From the NCBI GenBank assembly GCA_965221905.1, contig OZ244922.1, positions 3,200,001 through 3,264,000 on the forward strand: a stretch of 64,000 bases of DNA. The letters run 5' to 3'. Below, one piece after another: positions 10,108 to 19,479 of the stretch; position 1 is the stretch's first letter; every line of letters starts with the position of its first letter. The notes below the pieces were generated by a model. That model did no database searches. It saw only the letters and a list, made by a program, of their open reading frames with translations, and had not been told where the DNA came from. This stretch comes from Chloroflexota bacterium (lineage in GTDB: Bacteria > Chloroflexota > UBA11872 > VXOZ01). The translations under genes and the position numbers were made by a program.

Positions 10108-10992
10108 ATGCAGAACTTTCGCGTTACCGCAGTCTCGTTGCGCAGCCGACCGGCGTCGCCGCAGGAGAACCTCGACCATCACGCCGCCTGGGTTGCGCGC
10201 GCCAAGGCGGACGATCCCGATCTCATCTGCTTTCCTGAGCTCGGCCTGACCGGCTACTCCATCACTTCAGCCATTTGGGATTCATCCGAACCGGTGCCGG
10301 GGACTTCCACCCAGGCGCTCGTCGATCTGGCGCGCACGCACAACGTTATGCTGGCCGCCGGCATTGCCGAGAACGACCGCGACATCGTCTATAACACCTA
10401 CGTTATTGTCGGGCCGGACGGGTACATCGGCAAGTCGCGCAAGATCCACATCCCACCGGCGGAGGTGGGCTATTGGCGCGGCGGCGGCATTCCACCGGTG
10501 ATCGACATTGGCCCCGCCAAAGTCGGGGTCAACATTTGCTTCGACAACTGGCTGCCGGAGTCCGGCCGCATGGTAGCGCTCCAAGGCGCTGAGGTGATTC
10601 TCGCTCCGTACGTGTGGTCTGTCGGCGACTGGAGCGACCCGCCCGACCATGTCAGCCGCAACCGCGCGTGGAAAGACTACGCCGGGCGCACGTTTCCGGC
10701 ACGAGCCATCGATAACGGCGTCTTTCTCGTTGCCATTAATGCCTGCGGTCCCGCTCCCGACAGCGAAAGACCGTACTACGGCAATCCCATGGTCATGATC
10801 TACAATCCGCTGGGCCAACTGGTGGCGGCTTCACCGGACGAGGCCGGTGACGAGGTAATGGTCACCGCCGATCTCGACATGCAACTCCTCGCCGAGCGGC
10901 GTTCGCAGGGCGTATTCCATCCCCGCTTCCGGCGGCCGGAGCTTTACGGCCTCCTGGCGGAAGGCGACATCGGCCCGCAAGACCCGCGCTAA
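10108..10992 (+). CDS. Carbon-nitrogen hydrolase (nitrilase superfamily)
   Basis: FPEL, SRKIH and ICFD motifs (Glu-Lys-Cys triad); RRPELY C-terminal motif. Confidence 0.92.
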   Translation: MQNFRVTAVSLRSRPASPQENLDHHAAWVARAKADDPDLICFPELGLTGYSITSAIWDSSEPVPGTSTQALVDLARTHNVMLAAGIAENDRDIVYNTYVIVGPDGYIGKSRKIHIPPAEVGYWRGGGIPPVIDIGPAKVGVNICFDNWLPESGRMVALQGAEVILAPYVWSVGDWSDPPDHVSRNRAWKDYAGRTFPARAIDNGVFLVAINACGPAPDSERPYYGNPMVMIYNPLGQLVAASPDEAGDEVMVTADLDMQLLAERRSQGVFHPRFRRPELYGLLAEGDIGPQDPR

Positions 10993-11144
10993 CTGGGGCA
11001 GACTCTCCCCCCTCGCACGTGCGTGCGTGTGATCTCTTCTAACTCCGAGTAAAACATTCGCCGTTTCAAGCGGAGGCTAGCCTATTTGCAGTCAATCCTC
11101 CCGCTTGCGAACCATAGAAAGTACAACCACGGACAACACTCCCG

Positions 11145-11453
11145 GTAGCGTAGGTTTGTAACCTGCGCCCACATGGTGGGAGGCAGTCCCTGTGAGCGCC
11201 TGGCCCTCATTCTTTAACGCTACGATAGTTCCCCCTCACCCCGGCCCTCTCCCTCGATGGAGAGGGGGCAATACGCGGACGAGAAAAGTGAACACGTGGC
11301 ATTTCCTAATTGCGCGAAACTGCTTGGTGCAAGCTCCCGCGCTACGATCTCTTTCTTTCATGCAACTAAGAGGAGCGGGGGACAAGTCCCCGCGCTACAT
11401 TCCTCCTAGCAGTCCCAATGCCGCTCCAAGCGGGGGGTAAGCCCCCGCGCTAC
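11145..11453. repeat. Cluster of mixed REP-like palindromes
   Basis: GTAGCGTAGGTTTGTAACCTGCGC, CCCCTCACCCCGGCCCTCTCCC..GGAGAGGG and three GGGGACAAGxCCCCGCGCTAC-type units. Confidence 0.75.
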
Positions 11454-11542
11454 GGTCCGTCTTGCAGCCCCTCGCGCGAGACCCTACGCAATTCACTTTA
11501 CACACCGGACACCCGCCTGCACCATCGTGGCGCACTGCGGCT

Positions 11543-11551
11543 TGCTATACT
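11543..11551 (+). promoter_or_regulatory. Extended -10 promoter element upstream of dop
   Basis: TGcTATACT about 30 nt before the ATG. Confidence 0.45.
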
Positions 11552-11583
11552 AGATTCCACAAGCGTAAAGGCAGGAATTATTC

Positions 11584-13098
11584 ATGAATCGCCCGGTAGG
11601 CATTGAGACCGAGTATGGCATGCTCTGCGCCAGCAGCACGCAAGCAGTGGACTTTGCCTATGAAGCAGCCATGCTCGTGCGCAGCGCGCCGCTGGAAGAA
11701 TGCTTTCGCGGCTGGGACTACACTGCCGAGGACCCGCGCTTAGACCTGCGTGGGTCACGCGTCGACCGCCTCGACCAAGACCCACACGACCTGCGCGACA
11801 GCAACGCTAAGAGCAAGCAACTCTCCCGACAGGAACTCCTTGCCGACACCGTGCTTGCCAACGGCGCGCGCTTCTACAACGACCACAACCATCCCGAGTA
11901 CTGCACGGACGCCTGTCTTTCGCTCCACGACCTCGTTGCCCAGGACAAGGCCGGTGAACGCGTGGTCTTTCGTGCCCAGCAGGCGCGGAACGCCGCCATC
12001 GGGAATGACTCGCACGTGCGCCTTGTGAAGAACAACTCCGACTACCACGGGCGCAGCTACGGCTGCCACGAGAACTATCTGGTGAAGCGCGCCGTGCCAT
12101 TGAATTACCTGGTTGCGGCCTGCATTCCCTTCTTCGTCACCCGTCAGATCTACGCGGGCGCGGGCAAAGCAGCGATTGAGTCGGCAGCTGGCCGCGCGGG
12201 CGGCTTTCAAATTAGCCAGCGGGCAGACTTCTTCGAAACCGAAGTCGGCATCAACACTACGACCAAGCGTCCGATTTTCAATACGCGCGATGAGCCCCAT
12301 GCCGATCCGCAGAAATACCGCCGCTTGCACGTCATCATCGGCGATGCCAATTGCTCTGAGTACGCCACGGCACTCCGCGTGGGAACCACGGCCCTAATGC
12401 TCGATCTGGTAGAAGAGGGTCTTGCGCCTCGTCTGCAACTCCGGCATCCGGTGCAAGCGCTCCAGACCGTCTCTCGCGACCTCGAACTGAAGCAACCCCT
12501 CGCGTTGGCTGACGGCACGACTATGCGCGCCATTGACATCCAACGCCACTACTGGGAAGCCGCGCAGCGCTACCGAGAGAGGGACGCCGAGACAACTTGG
12601 GTGCTCGACGAGTGGGGCGCCGTGCTCGACCTGCTCGAAGCGAACCCAACCCAACTGCGCGACCGTCTCGACTGGGTGGCAAAGCTGGCGCTTTTCGCTC
12701 AAGTCAGCGGCGGCACGAGTATCGATTGGGAAGACCCGGCGGTGCTCAGGCTCGATTTGGCCTACCATCTCATCGATCCCGACTTAAGTCTCTATCATAT
12801 GCTGACGCGCGCCGGTCGGATGCGGCGTGTCGTGACGGATGCGGCCGTTGCACAGGCGGAAACAACGGCCCCTGCAGGCACGCGCGCAGGTGTACGCGCC
12901 GCTTGCCTTGCCAAGTTTGCCGAGCACATTACGGAAATGGAATGGGGATCGATTACGTTTCAACACAATGGATCAGCTTTCACTCTGCCGCTCCCCGAAT
13001 TGTGGGGAGCATCTGTCGATAGCCAACAACAGATGCTCGATTCTTGTCAATCTATCGAGGAGCTCCGCCAAGCAGTGCGCCAAGGAGGTGACACGTGA
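11584..13098 (+). CDS. dop: Dop-like depupylase/deamidase (Pup-ligase family)
   Basis: GIETEYG, NGARFYNDHNHPEY, KNNSDYHGRSYGCHENY, QRADFFETEVG, TRDEPHAD, RRLHVIIGDAN and DLAYH motifs. Confidence 0.92.
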   Translation: MNRPVGIETEYGMLCASSTQAVDFAYEAAMLVRSAPLEECFRGWDYTAEDPRLDLRGSRVDRLDQDPHDLRDSNAKSKQLSRQELLADTVLANGARFYNDHNHPEYCTDACLSLHDLVAQDKAGERVVFRAQQARNAAIGNDSHVRLVKNNSDYHGRSYGCHENYLVKRAVPLNYLVAACIPFFVTRQIYAGAGKAAIESAAGRAGGFQISQRADFFETEVGINTTTKRPIFNTRDEPHADPQKYRRLHVIIGDANCSEYATALRVGTTALMLDLVEEGLAPRLQLRHPVQALQTVSRDLELKQPLALADGTTMRAIDIQRHYWEAAQRYRERDAETTWVLDEWGAVLDLLEANPTQLRDRLDWVAKLALFAQVSGGTSIDWEDPAVLRLDLAYHLIDPDLSLYHMLTRAGRMRRVVTDAAVAQAETTAPAGTRAGVRAACLAKFAEHITEMEWGSITFQHNGSAFTLPLPELWGASVDSQQQMLDSCQSIEELRQAVRQGGDT

Positions 13099-13319
13099 CC
13101 TGGTATGCTGGAGACAAGCCGCAGACGGAATGTCCCTCCCGCAAAGCGCGGGTAGACTCCGAGCGGCAAAGCTTCCGTCCCGCTGTGGCGGGTACCGAGG
13201 TGCCCACGGAAACGCCTACGAAGGCTCCGGAGAAGACCGAAACCGACGATCTTGACGAAGAAATCAAGCGCATTATTCGCGAGGTGCCCGATCCCACACC
13301 TCAGCCCGGCGGAGAGTAG
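13095..13319 (+). CDS. Prokaryotic ubiquitin-like modifier (Pup/UBact-like), 74 aa, C-terminal GGE
   Basis: GTG overlaps dop stop (GTGA) with AGGAGG RBS; low-complexity charged N-terminus; acidic helix DDLDEEIKRII; ends PQPGGE; lies between dop and pafA. Confidence 0.8.
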   Translation: MTWYAGDKPQTECPSRKARVDSERQSFRPAVAGTEVPTETPTKAPEKTETDDLDEEIKRIIREVPDPTPQPGGE

Positions 13320-13770
13320 CTAAGACCCATTCAGTTGCGCACAATAGACGCACACCACAGAGTCGTCGTAGCCCTTTATATAGTTTGCCCCTCATGAATC
13401 CTGCAGAAATGGCTTACGGGACGAGTGATCGGCCCAGTGGCTTGCGTCCCTGGCCGATACCTGAGTCACAATCCAAGCTTCAAGCCCTATCGCTAAACGT
13501 AATCACCTCATGTATGGCAAAGGATCCGTACCTCTAGCGCTACCACCGAAACCGATACCGTCACAGCGCCGGCACCCACCGCCGTGGCAACAGGCAAGAG
13601 CAGGGCGTCGAAACATCCAATGGAATTGCAGTGCTGGATATTTCGCCGACAGCATGGGAATATGGAACGGCAAGAACTGATGCCCATATATCGGTTGCCT
13701 TAGCCATTAGATAGCGCAGTCACGAGCCGTGACTCCTCAAGTACTAAATTCGAACGTGGCGGGCGGAACG

Positions 13771-13868
13771 TAAATCTTCACTCCAGCGAAGAACCTACCC
13801 CGTATCGAGTACGGGCAGAAGTCCAGCGGCTGCGGCGAAGATGGATTCCCGCTTTCGCGGTAATGACG
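13771..13868. repeat. ~95-bp composite palindromic repeat; inverted homologue at 59689-59785
   Basis: CCCCGTATCGAGTACGGG hairpin plus GATGGATTCCCGCTTTCGCGGTAATGAC; the same modules occur in reverse orientation near 59689. Confidence 0.65.
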
Positions 13869-13954
13869 GCGTTGAACGTGTTCTAATTGCAATAGATGCG
13901 AACCGGATTTACGAAACTGTCAACGAATTAGTCAGCTCTTTCAGGATTGCCAGC

Positions 13955-15463
13955 ATGGAAGATGCACTCTTTGGCACCGAAATCGAATACGGCTGTGTGG
14001 GTAGCGTACAACCGGTGCGGGCGGCAGTGTTGGTTAAGGATGCCATCTTTCGCGGGTGCAGGCACGGCCTCATCGATCCCCCGCCTCGCGAGTGGGGCGA
14101 AGTGCCGGGAAACGGCGGCTTTCTCTTCAACGGTGGGCGCATGTACTTAGACCTCGGCCACCTGGAGCACGCCACCGCCGAGTGCCGCACTCTAACGGAT
14201 ATCGTCGCCCACGAGCGGGCCGGTGAGAACATCGTCAATCAAGCCGTCCAAGTTGCCGGACTCAAATCTCAGGCCTACTTCGTCAAGAACAACACAGATT
14301 ACTTCGGCAATACGTATGGCTACCACGAGAATTACTGCATCCGCCAGAGTCCCTATGACAGCGGTCTGGTAGACGGCATGCTCCCGTTTCTCGTCACCCG
14401 CCAAATCTATGCGGGAGCCGGCTGCCTGCTGCCCCGCGGCGATGACACCCCGGCAGCCTTTTCTCTCTCCCAGCGCGCGCAATTCGTGACAATTGACGTT
14501 AGTCACCGGGTACGCTTTGGCGGCAGACCCATCATCAATTTGCGCGACGAGCCGCTTGCGGATCGGCGGTTCCGTCGCCTGCACGTCATCGTCGGCGACG
14601 TGAATCGCTCGGAGTACGCGACCGCGCTGAAAATCGGCTCCACTGCGCTAGTTGCCCAACTGCTGGAGCAAGGGTGGAACCCGCAGCTTATGCTTGCCGA
14701 CCCCGTGCGCGACTTGCGCCGCATTGCCGCAACCACCGGCGGCAAGTGGACCGTAGGCACGGTGGATGATGAGTACATTCCCGCCATCGAGGTGCAACGC
14801 CGCTATTTGCGCGAAGCCGAGCACCGCTTTGCGGGCCGGGACGCGGATACGGAATGGACTCTTGAAAACTGGGCCTGGGTGCTCGACGAACTCGAGCGCG
14901 ATCCGGCGCGCCTCGACGGCTATCTGGACTGGGTGACCAAACATGAGCAGATCAAGCGTTATGCCGGCACCGATAAGGCGTGGACCGACCCGGACTTGGT
15001 GAAGCTCGATCTCTCCTATCACCAAATAGACCCGTCGGTGAGTCTCTTCGATATTCTTGCAAAGCGGCACCGGAACCTCTACTGGGCGGATAGCGACGCC
15101 GTCTACACGGCCGAGGCGCACGCGCCGTCCGATACCCGCGCCCACGGTCGCAGCCTGGCACTGCGCGCGCTTGCCGCCGCCGGCGCGGATACGGCCATCC
15201 CTTGGCAAGATTTGAGAACCAATCTGGAAAACCTCATGTGGGACCGCCGTTTCTTCTTTCTCGCCTACGACTACGTGGACGATTGGCAAGACGTGGCCGC
15301 GAACAATAGCTGGGACGTTATTCCCTACGTGCTGGACTGGAAAGCCATCGCCGCGCACGGCCGGGTGCTGGAAATGCCGAACCCATTCGCTACGTACGAC
15401 GACGAGGCGCAACAGTTTGGGGAAAGCATCCGGCACATCTTCGAGGAAGAGGAAGCAGATTGA
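13955..15463 (+). CDS. pafA: PafA-like Pup/UBact-protein ligase
   Basis: FGTEIEYG, GNGGFLFNGGRMYLDLGHLE, KNNTD...GYHENY, RPIINLRDEPLA, RRLHVIVGD, DLSYH and TRA...DW...NPF motifs; start moved to MEDAL because the upstream extension is a translated repeat. Confidence 0.9.
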   Translation: MEDALFGTEIEYGCVGSVQPVRAAVLVKDAIFRGCRHGLIDPPPREWGEVPGNGGFLFNGGRMYLDLGHLEHATAECRTLTDIVAHERAGENIVNQAVQVAGLKSQAYFVKNNTDYFGNTYGYHENYCIRQSPYDSGLVDGMLPFLVTRQIYAGAGCLLPRGDDTPAAFSLSQRAQFVTIDVSHRVRFGGRPIINLRDEPLADRRFRRLHVIVGDVNRSEYATALKIGSTALVAQLLEQGWNPQLMLADPVRDLRRIAATTGGKWTVGTVDDEYIPAIEVQRRYLREAEHRFAGRDADTEWTLENWAWVLDELERDPARLDGYLDWVTKHEQIKRYAGTDKAWTDPDLVKLDLSYHQIDPSVSLFDILAKRHRNLYWADSDAVYTAEAHAPSDTRAHGRSLALRALAAAGADTAIPWQDLRTNLENLMWDRRFFFLAYDYVDDWQDVAANNSWDVIPYVLDWKAIAAHGRVLEMPNPFATYDDEAQQFGESIRHIFEEEEAD

Positions 15464-15648
15464 CTGTAGTGTTCACTGCGTGTAATACGCGCAATTGCCT
15501 TTCATACTTCGACAGGCTCAGCACGAACAGCATGGTGATTAGCACTATAGTCCGTCGCCTGAGAACGTAGCGCGAGAGCTTGTCCCTTGCTCCGATCTAC
15601 TACCGGAAAGCAATCGTTCCATTACGGCTATTCAGTCTGTCAAACGCG

Positions 15649-15676
15649 GTAGGGGCACGGCATGCCGTGCCCCTAC
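15649..15676. repeat. GTAG-type REP palindrome (family A)
   Basis: GTAGGGGCACGGCATGCCGTGCCCCTAC; copies at 47431, 60977 and 62280. Confidence 0.85.
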
Positions 15677-15708
15677 GTTCATATCAGTGAATGCCTGCCG
15701 CGAGGCGG

Positions 15709-17145
15709 CTACGTCTTCCGCCGCCACAACGTTCCGCTAGCCGAATCCTCCAGCGAAATGCCTAATGCCGCCAACTCATCCCGCACCTTGTCCGCCAGCG
15801 CAAACTGCTTCTCCTGCCGCAGATCGGCCCGCAATTCCACGAGAAGATCGATGAACCCTCCGGCATCGCCGTCACCGGTCGCCATCTCCAACTCCAAGAC
15901 CTCTTGCAGGTCGATGCCCAAGATGTCGGCCAGTGTCACCAGCGTTTCCTGGGCGGCCTGCAGTGTCGAGGGTTGCGCCACGGCTCCCAGGCGGTTGATC
16001 TCGCGCACAAGTTCGTAGAGCTGCCCCATTGCGCCGGCAGAGTTGAAGTCGCTATCCATGGCGGCAAAGAAGCCGGATTCCGCCTGCTGCGTTGCCCGAG
16101 CAAGCTCTGCGTCCGTGCTGGCGACTTCAGCATCCGTGCTGCCGTCACCGCTGCTCTGCACGCGCAAAGCGCCGGTAAAACGCGCCATTCCGGCCCGTGC
16201 CTGCTCAAGACTTTCCGGCGTATACGTGAGGGGCGAACGGTAGTGGACAGAGAGTAGGTAGAGCCGCAGCACCGGGCCGCTGTACTCGTCGAGGATGTCT
16301 TCGATGGTAATGAAGTTGCCGAGCGAATGCGCCATCTTTTGGCCGTTGATGGTAAGCAGGCCGGTGTGCAGCCAATACTTCGTAAACGGACTCTTCCCCG
16401 TGAACGCCTCGCTCTGCGCGATCTCATTCTCATGGTGGGGAAAGATGAGGTCGGCGCCGCCGCCGTGAATATCGATCTGCTCGCCCAGGGTCTCGTAGAT
16501 CATCGTGCTGCACTCGATGTGCCAGCCCGGTCGCCCCTGCCCCCAGGGGCTCTGCCACCAGGGCTCGCCGGGTTTCGCCGGCTTCCACAGGGCAAAGTCG
16601 CGCGGGTCGCGCTTACCCGGATCATCGTCAACGCGCCCCGAGGCCCCCGCCTGGATGCCGCTATCCTCAGTGCGAGTGGAGAGCGCGCCGTACTGCGAAA
16701 AACCGGAAACGGAAAAGTAGACCGCATCGTCGGCTGCGTAGGCAGCCCCCTTCTCGATCAACCCCTCGATCATCGCGATGATCTGCGGCAAAGTCTCCGT
16801 GACCTTGGGAAAGTCGTGCGCCCGCAAGACATTCAGATTTCCCATCACCGCGTCGTAGGCGTCCGTGTATTTCTGCGCCACTACATCGGCCGTAACTCCC
16901 TCACGCTCAGCCGCCGCGATGATCTTATCGTCAACGTCGGTGATATTCTGCACGTGCTGCACCTCGTACCCGCAGTACACAAGGTAGCGCCGGATCATAT
17001 CCATCGCCACAAAAAGGCGGGCATGGCCGACGTGCGGCTCGCGCTTGGGCGTCATGCCGCAGACGTACATCTTGACCTGCTTGCCGTCCAGGGCTGTGAA
17101 CGGCTCTCTTCGGCTGCCGAGCGTATTGGAAATGCTAAGCGTCAC
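15709..17145 (-). CDS. cysS: Cysteine--tRNA ligase
   Basis: [42 protein letters not shown] and KMAHS motifs; GTG start overlaps the end of cysE. Confidence 0.96.
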   Translation of the reverse strand: MTLSISNTLGSRREPFTALDGKQVKMYVCGMTPKREPHVGHARLFVAMDMIRRYLVYCGYEVQHVQNITDVDDKIIAAAEREGVTADVVAQKYTDAYDAVMGNLNVLRAHDFPKVTETLPQIIAMIEGLIEKGAAYAADDAVYFSVSGFSQYGALSTRTEDSGIQAGASGRVDDDPGKRDPRDFALWKPAKPGEPWWQSPWGQGRPGWHIECSTMIYETLGEQIDIHGGGADLIFPHHENEIAQSEAFTGKSPFTKYWLHTGLLTINGQKMAHSLGNFITIEDILDEYSGPVLRLYLLSVHYRSPLTYTPESLEQARAGMARFTGALRVQSSGDGSTDAEVASTDAELARATQQAESGFFAAMDSDFNSAGAMGQLYELVREINRLGAVAQPSTLQAAQETLVTLADILGIDLQEVLELEMATGDGDAGGFIDLLVELRADLRQEKQFALADKVRDELAALGISLEDSASGTLWRRKT

Positions 17146-17824
17146 GGCACCTCTCCAGCGTCTCCTCGTGCTCGGCTGAAGCCCCATCATCCTCGAAGCG
17201 TGCCAGCCGCGCTTCCAGGTCTGCCACGCGTTTCTGCAACGCGTAGAGCGCTTCGGCCATTGGATCGGGCTGCACCACCCGCGCGCTCTCGCCCGTTTGC
17301 GGATCGCGCATGGCCACCACGTGTCCCGGCACGCCCACCACCGTGGCATGCGGCGGCACATCGTTCACAACGACGGCCCCCGCGCCAATAACACAGTCTT
17401 CACCGATCATCACCGGCCCCAAGATTTTCGCTCCCGCGCCTACCACGACGTTATCGCCCAAGGTAGGATGACGCTTGCCGGAATGCAGCGTCTGCGCCCC
17501 CAAAGTCACTCCCTGGTACAGTGTGACGTTTTCGCCGATTTCCGCGGTCTCGCCGATTACGACACCCATGCCGTGGTCGATGAAGAGCCCTGGGCCCAGT
17601 TGGGCCGCCGGGTGAATCTCGATGCCGGTGAGAAAGCGGGCAACGTGGGAGAGAAAGCGCGGAACCACAGGAATGTCCGCTTGCCACAGCGCGTGGGTCA
17701 TGCGATAGAACCAAATCGCGTGCACGCCCGGATAGGCCAAGATGATTTCGATTACGTTGCGCGCGGCAGGATCGCGTTCGAGCGTTACACGTATGTCCTG
17801 CCGCAGCGTATGAAGAATGCTCAT
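17135..17824 (-). CDS. cysE: Serine O-acetyltransferase
   Basis: [27 protein letters not shown] and KRHPTLG hexapeptide repeats. Confidence 0.96.
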   Translation of the reverse strand: MSILHTLRQDIRVTLERDPAARNVIEIILAYPGVHAIWFYRMTHALWQADIPVVPRFLSHVARFLTGIEIHPAAQLGPGLFIDHGMGVVIGETAEIGENVTLYQGVTLGAQTLHSGKRHPTLGDNVVVGAGAKILGPVMIGEDCVIGAGAVVVNDVPPHATVVGVPGHVVAMRDPQTGESARVVQPDPMAEALYALQKRVADLEARLARFEDDGASAEHEETLERCRDA

Positions 17825-17911
17825 TAGAAATACCCTCGTTACATCACTGCGCTTCTATCGACTAAGATTGCGCGTGGTGAGCTTGTGCTCGCGCGCAATC
17901 ACACAGGGCCC

Positions 17912-18502
17912 CTAGCGGGGCGGAATACACGCGCAGTCTTGCAGCGAGGGATCGTGCATCAGAAGCGCCACAGCGTGCACACCGATGCCGTGACCGGCGC
18001 CGATCGCGTCTAGTCCTTCGGTGGTTGTGGACTTTATGCCTACGGTCACTGCCGCCACTCCAAGCGTTCGGGCAATGTTGGCCTGCATCTTGGGAATAAA
18101 GCCCGCAAGCCGAGGCCTTTGCGCCAGAATTGCACTGTCTACATTTATCACACGCCACTGTCGTTCAGCCAGTAGCTTACGCACACTGCCCAACAATTGC
18201 AAGCTATCGGCGCCCTCGTATCGCGGATCTTCCGCGGGAAACTGGCGTCCGATGTCGGGCAGCCCCGCGGCTCCGAGCAGCGCATCGATGATGGCATGCA
18301 CCAGCACGTCGGCGTCGGAGTGCCCCGCAAGACCTTGATCGTGGGGGACGTGTACACCGCCAAGAATCAGGGGACGGCTAGGAGCAAGGCGGTGAATGTC
18401 GTAGCCGATACCGATGCGAAGCGCGGGGGCCGCGGGTGCTAATGCTGCGGCCTCTCCCTCATCTTGAACGGCAGGCGGCGTATCGGTTTGCGCTGCCTCC
18501 AC
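17912..18502 (-). CDS. ispF: 2-C-methyl-D-erythritol 2,4-cyclodiphosphate synthase
   Basis: RIGIGYDIH, GHSDADV, DIG..FP and KSTTTEGL motifs. Confidence 0.95.
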   Translation of the reverse strand: MEAAQTDTPPAVQDEGEAAALAPAAPALRIGIGYDIHRLAPSRPLILGGVHVPHDQGLAGHSDADVLVHAIIDALLGAAGLPDIGRQFPAEDPRYEGADSLQLLGSVRKLLAERQWRVINVDSAILAQRPRLAGFIPKMQANIARTLGVAAVTVGIKSTTTEGLDAIGAGHGIGVHAVALLMHDPSLQDCACIPPR

Positions 18503-19224
18503 TACGCGCCTCCATCGCTGCGCTGCGTGCGCACACTTCTGTGCGCACGCCATTGAGCGAATGCCAAGTCCGTTGGCGTGGTGATTTTCATATTACCATA
18601 GTCCCCCGGCACGACGTGGACAGGCGCGCCGGTAGCCTCCACCACGGCCGCGTCATCGGTGAACGCGGCGAGGTGCGCATGGTGCTCCTTGTACGCGCAT
18701 TCCAGCAGTGCGCGCGTGAAGACTTGGGGAGTCTGTATGGCGCGCAAGGCGCTGCGCGGTAGCGTCTCGCGTGCAATATCGTTCGTATCAACACGCTTGA
18801 TGGTGTCGGCGCACGGTATCCCAGGCACCGCCGCGCCGTGCTGCCGCGCGGCAGCAAGCAAGCGCGCAATTAGCTCCGGGGTCACGAACGGCCGCGCGGC
18901 GTCGTGCACGGCCACGTAAGCTGCCGGAGTGTCATCCAGCGCCTGGAGACCGTTCGCCACCGAGTGGCTCCGGCTCGTCCCGCCCGCGCAGACTGCATGC
19001 ACTTTACACCAGGAGCGCTTCCGGGCAAGCTCCCGGCAGAATCCGACGCGCTCCTCGGCCACGACGAGTATGATCGTGCTAACCGCCGCTGACGACTCAA
19101 AGACTTCCACCGTGGCGGCAAGCACCGACCGTCCGCCCAGTGGCGCATAGAGCTTGTCGTGGCCCTGCATGCGGCTGCTACTACCGCCACCCACAACAAT
19201 CGCCGCCAAGCTGGTATTCCTCAC
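18502..19224 (-). CDS. ispD: 2-C-methyl-D-erythritol 4-phosphate cytidylyltransferase
   Basis: GGGSSSRM, VHDAARP, QTPQ, TDD and NMKITTP motifs. Confidence 0.95.
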   Translation of the reverse strand: MRNTSLAAIVVGGGSSSRMQGHDKLYAPLGGRSVLAATVEVFESSAAVSTIILVVAEERVGFCRELARKRSWCKVHAVCAGGTSRSHSVANGLQALDDTPAAYVAVHDAARPFVTPELIARLLAAARQHGAAVPGIPCADTIKRVDTNDIARETLPRSALRAIQTPQVFTRALLECAYKEHHAHLAAFTDDAAVVEATGAPVHVVPGDYGNMKITTPTDLAFAQWRAHRSVRTQRSDGGA

Positions 19225-19479
19225 ACGCGCAGGCCTCCTTCAGGGAGCCTTATAACGCCCGCAAAAGTCCGCTCACAGTGAGCCCACTTGTTCTTAGCAC
19301 GTCGTAGCGTCTAATCATGAACGAACATCCCTTGACCCTTTTGACACGCTCAGAGACTGCCGTGTACTCGATACGAGGGGCGGACGGGATGGAAGTGCTC
19401 GACAGCATCTTTGCAAACACCCTCCTGCAGCGTGTGCGCTTGCTCTGCCGGACTCTCGGCACGGTATCACGTCCACTCC

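Noticed and set aside
13841-13954. N-terminal extension of PafA (MDSRFRGND...)
   Set aside because: Translation of a palindromic repeat; family homology begins at MEDALFG
17146-17361. Upstream extension of the cysS ORF
   Set aside because: Overlaps cysE out of frame; an RBS supports the GTG at 17145
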